DNA of 64,000 nt from Octopus sinensis (Eukaryota): assembly GCF_006345805.1 (NCBI RefSeq), contig NC_043004.1, positions 5,704,001-5,768,000 of the forward strand, in the 5' to 3' direction. Every line of letters begins with the position of its first letter. The first letter of the stretch is position 1. The notes beneath the pieces are model-generated. The model did not search any database, had not been told where the DNA came from, and saw only the letters and a program-made list of their open reading frames with translations. Below are positions 55,776-64,000 of the stretch, one piece after another. The position numbers and the translations under genes were made by a program.

Positions 55776-56330
55776 TAAAAACTAAATGTCTAACCATACT
55801 CCTTCTTGCTGACTCCAATTTTTTCAGTTATCTATTCACACATAACAGATGCCCAAATGCAAACCTGGAAGTACATATAATACTACTACTACTGGATAGC
55901 ACAGGGTGAAATCTGAAGGTGGATGAGCTTAATAATGTACTCTACTATGTTTTTAACAGAGTGTACCATAACTATATGTATGTATGTATGCATGCATGCG
56001 TGTATGTATGTATTATGTATCAAAACACAATACCAAAATAATTTTCCAATCTCCTCTTTTGATATTGTTACTCTGCAGAAAATATTTTTCAGTATTTTGA
56101 ACTCTTATGCATCTCTCACACAAATATAACATCTACATACGGATTTGGAATACTAAAATAAGCAGATGCACTTCAAGAGGACACAGCTTGGTTTTAACCT
56201 TATCCCATATAAAATGTGTGCATGTGTATGTGTGTGTGTGTGTGTGTGTGCGTGCGTGTGTGCAAATGTTGACATTTCCTAGGTTTGCTTGTTACTTTGA
56301 TCTGAGCAAAGCAATAATGTATATATGCTG

Positions 56331-56667
56331 TACGCATAGCTCAGTGATTAGAGCATCAGGCTTACAATCATGTGGTTATGAGTTCAATTCCTGGGCCGGG
56401 CTGTGTGTTGTGTTCTTGAGCAAGACACTTTATTTCACATTGCTCCAGTTCACTCAGCTGTAGAAATGAGTTGCAACGTCACCAGTGCCAAGCTGTATTG
56501 GCCTTTCCCTTGGATAACAGCGGTGGGGTGGAGAGGGTAGGCTGGTATGCATGGACAACTGTTGGGCTTCCATAAGCAACCTTGCCTAGACTTGTGCGTT
56601 AGAGGAGAACTTTATGATGTAATTCCATGGTCATTCATGACAAAAGTAGATCTTTACCCTAACCCTA
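56331..56667 (+). mobile_element. tRNA-derived SINE family D copy
   Basis: Homologous to 49987-50320; ends ctttaccctaaccctaa. Confidence 0.8.
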
Positions 56668-57053
56668 AAACTGGAAACTTATAGCACCATCATTCAAGTA
56701 AGTGCAGTGCTTTGCAAGCTATGAATGTAACCATTTCTTTTTGCCTCAATAAATACCCTAATAATCAGATTTTAATCTATTTCTTGAACTTTAGCACCTT
56801 TGACATGTATCTTTTGCTATAGCCTCCAACTAATCAATGCCTTGTGAGTGAATTTGGTTAATGGAAACCGTGTAGAAGCCCATCATGTATGTCACCATCA
56901 TCTCTTAATGTCCGTTTTCCACACTGGCATGAGTTGGAAGGTTGGATGGTTTGACAGGCACTGACCAGCTGAAGAGCTGCCTATATCTATATATATATAT
57001 GTAGATAGATAGATAGATACATACATACATACATGTGTGTGTGTGTGTAATAT

Positions 57054-57931
57054 ACTGGGTGTGTTGAATAAACTGTCATCTAAATTATGCAAAAATGAAA
57101 ATAACACTGACATCTCATTTTAACAGATATATTTACCAAAATTACATAAAATTATCTTGAAATACTGAAGAGTAAATTTATTCAATAAAATCGACATTGA
57201 CTTCAACCATGGCCTCCAGATGACTTCGGAATCTCCTGCAACTCTTCTGGATGGTCTCCTTGCTTAAGTTGGTGAAAGCTGCCATAATCCTTGCCTTCAG
57301 TTCATCTTTGGTGTTACAAGGAGTTTTGTTTGTCTCTTGCTCAACTGCACCCCACACATAATAATCAAGGGGGTTGCAGTCTGGGGAGTTTGGTGGCCAG
57401 ATGTTAGGGGTGATGTGGTCGCAGGAATTGTCTGATAACCATGACAGGGTTCTCCTGCTTGTGTAGCATGGTGCAGAGTCCTGTTGCCTGACATAGGGTC
57501 TTCCAGCAGCCATCCTCTTGACCCAGTGCAATACTACATCCTCCAGGCACTTAATGACCTGCATGTTGAGTGTGAGGCCATGTGGGAAGATGAATGGAGG
57601 CATCACGTTACCATCACTAGTGATCATTCTAAACACCATGATGTTGACTGGATGTTTGATTTTTATCACTCTTGGTACATGTCCTCAGATTGCACTGGCC
57701 TCAGATTGACACCCAAACACTCTGAAATGTTCGTATTGGCATGAATGCCAAGCAGTACCGCATGTTGCTTCCAAATTTCTGGCAGAGTAAATTGCATCAT
57801 GGTGCTGTTTTTTTCACAGACAGTACCTAACTGACTCTGCTATACTGTGTAGTTGACAAAATCAAAAACAAACAATGCATATGTGTGAAATTATAAATAT
57901 AAAATGGCAACAATTTACTCATCGTACCCTG
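57054..57931 (-). mobile_element. Tc1/mariner DD37D (maT) transposon, internally deleted
   Basis: ORF 57178-57669 has QQDSAPC...WPPNSPDCNPLDY with 37 residues between the last two Asp. Diverged TIRs: ctgggtgtgttgaataaactgtca (~57054) and caatttactcatcgtaccctg (~57911-57931). The N-terminus is joined to the catalytic region by a deletion. Confidence 0.88.
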
Positions 57932-58121
57932 TGTGTGTGTGTATATATATATAGTTAATTTTTTAAAAAATGGAGAAAAAGACAAGAAAAAAAGCAACAA
58001 TGTGAGGGTGTAATACATACAAAGTATTAATAAGATGCTCAGAGAAGAAAAAGAGTAGTTGTATTTCATTTCAAACATAGGTCTTCTTTGGAAACAGGAA
58101 ACATAGAAAGGTCCAGAAGAA

Positions 58122-58531
58122 TCTGTATGTATGTATGATATATGTGCGCGCGCGTGTGTGTGTATATACATACACACATATTGGTGTCTGTCTGTGTGTT
58201 TGGAGTTACTCTAACTCCTCCCACACCATCCAACTGATTTTAATGATTTTTGGTACATAGGTCGGTCACATGCCCTGAAGTTGAAATAAGGCTGGAATTT
58301 TTTGAAAACACAATAATGCTCAGTTGGCATCGATTTTTGTGAGCTCAATCAGGCGTTTGAAAGGAAATTCCCATAATGTTATTTTTGCTGCAGATTTTGC
58401 ATTTTTTTCACATGAAAAATTTCAACAAAATAAATAGAATAGTTTCTAAGGAAATGCTTATTCAATACAAGGTCAGAGGTGGGCTTAACTTCAACATGGA
58501 AAACACGAGCAACGCCCGGTTCAACAGCTAG
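58122..58531 (+). mobile_element. Second non-autonomous Helitron (related subfamily; 5' boundary uncertain)
   Basis: Shares ctaactcctcccaca near the 5' end and acgagcaacgcccgg...CTAG|T at the 3' end with 44913-45418. Confidence 0.72.
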
Positions 58532-58533
58532 TA

Positions 58534-58577
<44 letters not shown>

Positions 58578-59882
58578 TTTGTGTTTGTCCCCCACCACTG
58601 CTTGGGAACTAGTGTTGGTTCATTTACATCCCTGTAACTTAACTGATAAAATAAATACCAGCCTTTAAATAAGAAAAAAGGTAAGTGCTCGGATCAGTTG
58701 TTTGATTAAACATTTTAAGGCAGTGCCCCAGCATGGCCTCAGCCCAATGACTAAAACAAGTGAAATATAAAAGATGCAGGCAAGTCTCTTCTCTTCACAC
58801 TACCAAGCTTATTCAAGGAAAAGGCCACTGCTGTGGGCCAATACTGCTTGCCGCCAGCATCATTGCAGACATTACTGTCAGAAAACAAAGAACTGAAATG
58901 GATGTCATAAGGCATCCTACTCAACCCCTGGACAGTTCTACCAATCCAAGTTCTACCAATACCTGAATTGGTACTTTTTTTATTGACTGAAATAATGAAA
59001 AGCAAAGCTAACCTCAAATGAATTTAAAGAGTGAAGAGAGTCGGAACAAATAATCACCAAACATTCTATCCAATACTCTCTGATTTGTCAATGCTATTGT
59101 CAGAATCGTTAGCATGCCATGCAAAATGCTTAGCAGTAGTTGTCCAACTTTATATTCTGAGCTCAAATTCTGCCGAGGTTGACTTTGCCTTTCATCATAT
59201 CAGGATCATTCAAATGAGTACCAGTTGCATACTGAGGTCAATGTAATCAACTAACCACCTTCCTTTAAAATTGTTAGCCTTGTGCCAAAATTAGCAAGAA
59301 TTATTACTACCTTGTATGTTGTCACTATTCCTGCTATTTTTATTCTATGGTAAACCACAATTATTGCCTTTGGTTCACCTCAGTTCATATTACCGTTCTT
59401 TTTTCCCCCAACAGCTACAATTTACTATTTTTAAAAATGAAAAACAAATATGAGATTACTAAGAGACCAGAGAATATCTTATGCTTAAAAAAAGAACATT
59501 GTAAGCAATAAATATGTCAGAAAACCCTGTGACACTTTGAAAAGTCTCAACACTGGAAAGCTCCCTGGAGGAATTCAATAATTTATTTAAAGAGTAAACA
59601 AAAACTGGAAAATTCAAAATAAAGTAATGCAAAAAACTTCAAATTACAAACAAAACTAATAAAAAAATAACTATCACAAAGTCCACTCAAAAAAGTTTAA
59701 CAGAATAGGTTTAACATAGGCATAGGAGTGGCTGTGTGGTAAGTAGCTTGCTTACCAACTACATGGTTCTGGGTTCAGTCCCACTGCATGGCACCTTGGG
59801 CAAGTATCTTCTGCTATAGCCTCGAGCTGACCAAGGCCTTGTGAGTGGATTTGGTAGACGGAAACTGAAAGACGCCCATCGT

Positions 59883-59926
<44 letters not shown>

Positions 59927-59931
<5 letters not shown>

Positions 59932-61810
59932 TAAATTAGAGATAAAACCATTATTAGGTAAATCAAACAGTGAAAAATCATAAGCCAATACATAGAAAAA
60001 TTATTAAAGAAATATAAAATATAAATATAAAATATAAAATTCCAAATTAAAATATTTAAATTAAAGTTAAAATTTTTAAAATTATTTAAATAATTTAAAC
60101 TTATAAATTTTAAATATATATATATTTATTATTATTATTATTATTTTATTATTTTATTTTATTTTATTTATTTATTTTTATTTATTTTATTTTTTTGTAA
60201 ATTATATAACTAACAAAAAGTATTAAAAGTTTAATATAAGATAAATAGTAAAAACACTACGATTGTTTCATGCCTGTAACCAATTCGAATAGCAATAATT
60301 TAAATTCAATTAATAATTCAAATTATGGTTACAGTCAATCTTCAGGTTAATTGTAATATTTTAATAAGTAAACAGAAATATTTAAACAATATTTTTAAGA
60401 AATAAATAATATAATAATTTTACTTATAAAAAACTCTATTATCAAACTAGAAACTTAACAATTATGATTAAATCAAAACATCAATTATAATGTTAAATAT
60501 TAATTTTAATTTTTAAGTATTAATTTTTAAGGTAAGAAACCCACCAATAGTCTAATATCAGTAATAGTCAATATCTAATTACATAAATATTTTACAAAAA
60601 AACTATTATATTATTAAAAATATAAAATTCAAATAATATATAAATTATCAATGAAAATATATAAATGTATATAAATATTATAATTAAGATCTAAAATAAT
60701 CTCTATAAATATATATATGCACATATAATAAAGACCTAATAAATTAATTTTTCATATTTAAAGATGAAATAGCTAATTTCAAAAAAACAAACAAACAATC
60801 TTAAACGAACGCTATATCAAATTAACTATCTTTATATCTCGTTGGCTAAATAATAACTTTCAGAAATCTTATATTTAAAATACTTAAAGAAATAATCAAT
60901 TCGTAGTTATATAGTATCAAATAAATACTATAAATATATTTATCAATGGGAATAATAAATCTAGCAAATATCAATTTAAAAAGACAATAGATAAGTTAAA
61001 ATAATAATTATAAGAAATTTAAAACTACAATTAATGCTATTAATACATGTATATACATAAACCTAACTTCAAACAACTCGTATACTTGCTATCAAACAAC
61101 ATATCTATCGCTAAGTAAATTCTTACGAATAAACTTAAAGTTAATATCTAATAATTATAAAGAAAATTACGATAATTAGATCATTACATAAACAACGATA
61201 TTTACATAAAAAAACAATATTATTACACCATAAGACTTATAAAATATTAAAATTCAAAGATCTTAAATATAAATATATATATATACTTAGCTTAGTGAGG
61301 TTTTGTGATGAACTAAAATTTTGAATTGGAAAACGTCTTTACAGCGTTTATAAGAATACTCGTGGAATTACGTTATAAGCAAAAAAAGAATGAATTGTTG
61401 AAGAATTCATTAAGCGTGAGTAACAAATACGCTTTATCAATGAAGATTGTGAATGGGAACAGTTATGGTTTATCAATAAATGTAAATAGAATGAAGTTAC
61501 AGATAAAGAATAGAATCACTCTATACTATAAGATTTATTAAACCTAACTTCAAACAACTTGTATACTTGCTATCAAACAACGTATCTATCGCTAAGTAAA
61601 TTCTTATGAATAAACTTAAAGTTAATATCTAATAATTATATAGAAAATTACGATAATTAGATCATTACATAAACAACGATATTTACATAAAAAAACAATA
61701 TTATTACACCATAAGACTTATAAAATATTAAAATTCAAAGATCTTAAATATAAATATATATATACTTAGCTTAGTGAGGTTTTGTGATGAACTAAAATTT
61801 TGAATCGGAA
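59927..61810 (-). mobile_element. Extremely AT-rich insert with a hammerhead motif and a ~273-bp direct repeat (putative Penelope-like/retrozyme-type non-autonomous element)
   Basis: Bounded by (TA)n on both sides; hammerhead at 60251-60350; near-identical repeats 61058-61331 and 61539-61810. No recognisable RT or GIY-YIG ORF. Confidence 0.6.
60251..60350 (-). ncRNA. Type I hammerhead-like motif with long stem II
   Basis: Minus strand: CUGAAGA (60345-60339); stem II UGACUGUAACCA/UGGUUACAGGCA (11 of 12 paired); GAAAC (60269-60265); aauc; GUA (60260-60258). Confidence 0.7.
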
Positions 61811-62481
61811 TATATATATATGTGTGTGTGCATGTGTTTGTGTGTCTGTGTTTGTCCCCTCCGCCCCAACATCGTTTGACAACCAATGCCAGTATGTTTA
61901 CGTCCCTGTAACTAAGTGGTTCAGCAAAAGAACCGATAGAATAAGTACTAAGCTTACAAAGAATAAATCGTGGGGTCAATTTGCTCGACTAAAGGCGGTG
62001 CTCCAGCATGGCCACAGTCAAATGACTGAAACAAGTAAAAGAGAATATAAACCTACCTCCTTTAAAATGATATCGCTGATATTTTGAGCTTGACTTGGGT
62101 TTTTTTATACACAAAAGAACTTGTTTCTGAAACAATACCATTTTCTAGCTAGTTCCCTGTTAGTTCACCAAAGGTGATATGGCATTCATCATCATCATCA
62201 TCATCATTTTTAACATCCACTTTTTAATACTTGCACGAGTGTGATAAAGTTTATTGAGATAGATTTTTTCTATGGCCAGATTCCCTTCCTGTTGCCAACC
62301 TTCAACTGTTTCCAAGCAAGGTAATGGTTTCCCCATGGCTGGACATGTTTTTTTCAGAATATTGTGTATTAATGACATACTAATGACATCGGGTGATGTC
62401 AAGACAAGGAGACATCTCTGAAATATTAATTTTTTCCTTTTAAACAATTTAATGAAAAGCTATAAAATCATCTCTTTCTTT

Positions 62482-62731
<250 letters not shown>

Positions 62732-62988
62732 AAATAGACAAATGATAGAAAATGGAATGAGCAACATTATTTACAATCTCTATAACTGTAATGATTTTAA
62801 AATAAAGAATGTCACTCATTCCATTTCCTATCATTTATCTATTTAAATAAACTCTACAGCTACAATGAAATTCCTCATGTATACCCAGTAGCAAGAGTAC
62901 TTCCACTGTATGATGACATCAGGTAGCCAATAACTATGGATGAGCTTTGCATAGTATACTGCAAGGTGTTTACCTGAGTCTTATTTAA

Positions 62989-63062
<74 letters not shown>

Positions 63063-63459
63063 AGTTTTGGTGAAACTCAGATAAATGCTATTAGAGAAAT
63101 AACAGCAGAATTATCTTAGCACTACTACATATAATTGCTCTCTACATCTGTATTGAGTACTTTCTGATCTGGATTATAAATTACACCAAAGAATCCAGGT
63201 TAAACTCTGGCCTCATGAGTCCTACAGCTCATGATACACTTAAGTTGAAGTGTAAATTCACATGACTGTGTATTTGTATGTTTACATATACATATGTGCA
63301 CGTGCACACACACACACATACAATTAGATAACTTTTACATATTACTATTGAAAAATGGTATGAAAACCCACTATATACACAGAGAGAGAACTATCAAGGT
63401 TATATATATATATATATTACAAAACAGGAAAGTGGAAATAATTCAGGGTGATTATTTAT

Positions 63460-63556
63460 TCACCATTACATGTGTTTCATTTGCTAGTAGGAATTACAAA
63501 GTTTTACATGTTAGATAGACATGTAAGGAATTTCCTATTAGAAACTCTTCAGGCAG
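63460..63556 (-). ncRNA. Type I hammerhead-like motif with long stem II
   Basis: Minus strand: CUGAAGA (63552-63546); stem II GUUUCUAAUAGGAA/UUCCUACUAGCAAAU plus inner UUACAUGU/ACAUGUAA; GAAAC (63478-63474); acau; GUA (63469-63467). Lies in a ~185-bp segment between TA runs. Stem I is poorly paired. Confidence 0.62.
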
Positions 63557-64000
63557 AGAAATTAAATAGGGATTTACCCTAACTACCTACATAATAAATA
63601 TATATGTATATCATGATAATAGGATGAAGATGACAACAACAAACTTAAACCAGCACATTGTTTAATCATCAAATCGAAGCAAAGTTATTAGAATGAATTT
63701 AGTATACATCTCAGCTTTTGGGGATTTTTCTTTAAAGTGTGTTGTCTAGTGTTGAACAGAAATGTAAAATTTATAATGGAAATGGCTGTGACATTAACGT
63801 TACCTATTGTAATAATAGCTGTCTGTAAACTGCATATAATAAAATAGTATAAGAGAGAGAATTTGGAAAATGGGAGGAAAGAAGAGCCATAAAGAAAGCA
63901 AGTAGATTTACATATATCTACCTATAATGGAAATGTGGGAGATGAATGGCTGCTGGATAATTGCATATAAAATTCAATTATAGATAAGACTAGTCAGAAA

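Larger units (their letters stand above)
59718..62045 (+). mobile_element. SINE family A split at its internal (TA)n by a ~1.9-kb insert
   Basis: Head and centre at 59718-59890; (TG)n and tail resume at 61811-62045. Confidence 0.85.

Noticed and set aside
56655-56667. Telomeric (CCCTAA)2
   Set aside because: Only two units, forming the SINE's simple-repeat tail.
61326-61541. 71-aa ORF between the direct repeats
   Set aside because: Non-ATG start, AT-biased composition and no recognisable domain.

Overview
AT-rich eukaryotic (animal) genomic DNA dense in (TA)n/(CA)n/(AAT)n microsatellites and SINEs. The repeat landscape is most like an octopus (coleoid cephalopod) genome; that assignment is pattern recognition, not a search result. 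The window appears to be mostly intronic. It holds one well-supported short + strand coding exon (15681-15819) and one weaker candidate exon (5609-5697) of an unidentified gene. Other content: a young 5'-truncated CR1-type LINE with an uninterrupted RT ORF (9848-11272); older CR1 and RTE LINE relics; four Tc1/mariner remnants, including a DD37D (maT) element; two non-autonomous Helitrons; a piggyBac-type MITE family; and three SINE families. The most notable signal is four hammerhead-ribozyme-like motifs (~37.55, 55.75, 60.3 and 63.5 kb), each in a non-coding insert abutting a (TA)n tract, consistent with Penelope-like/retrozyme-type elements targeting microsatellites. Nearly all other ORFs in the supplied track are microsatellite or SINE noise. 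Boundaries of degenerate repeats are approximate.
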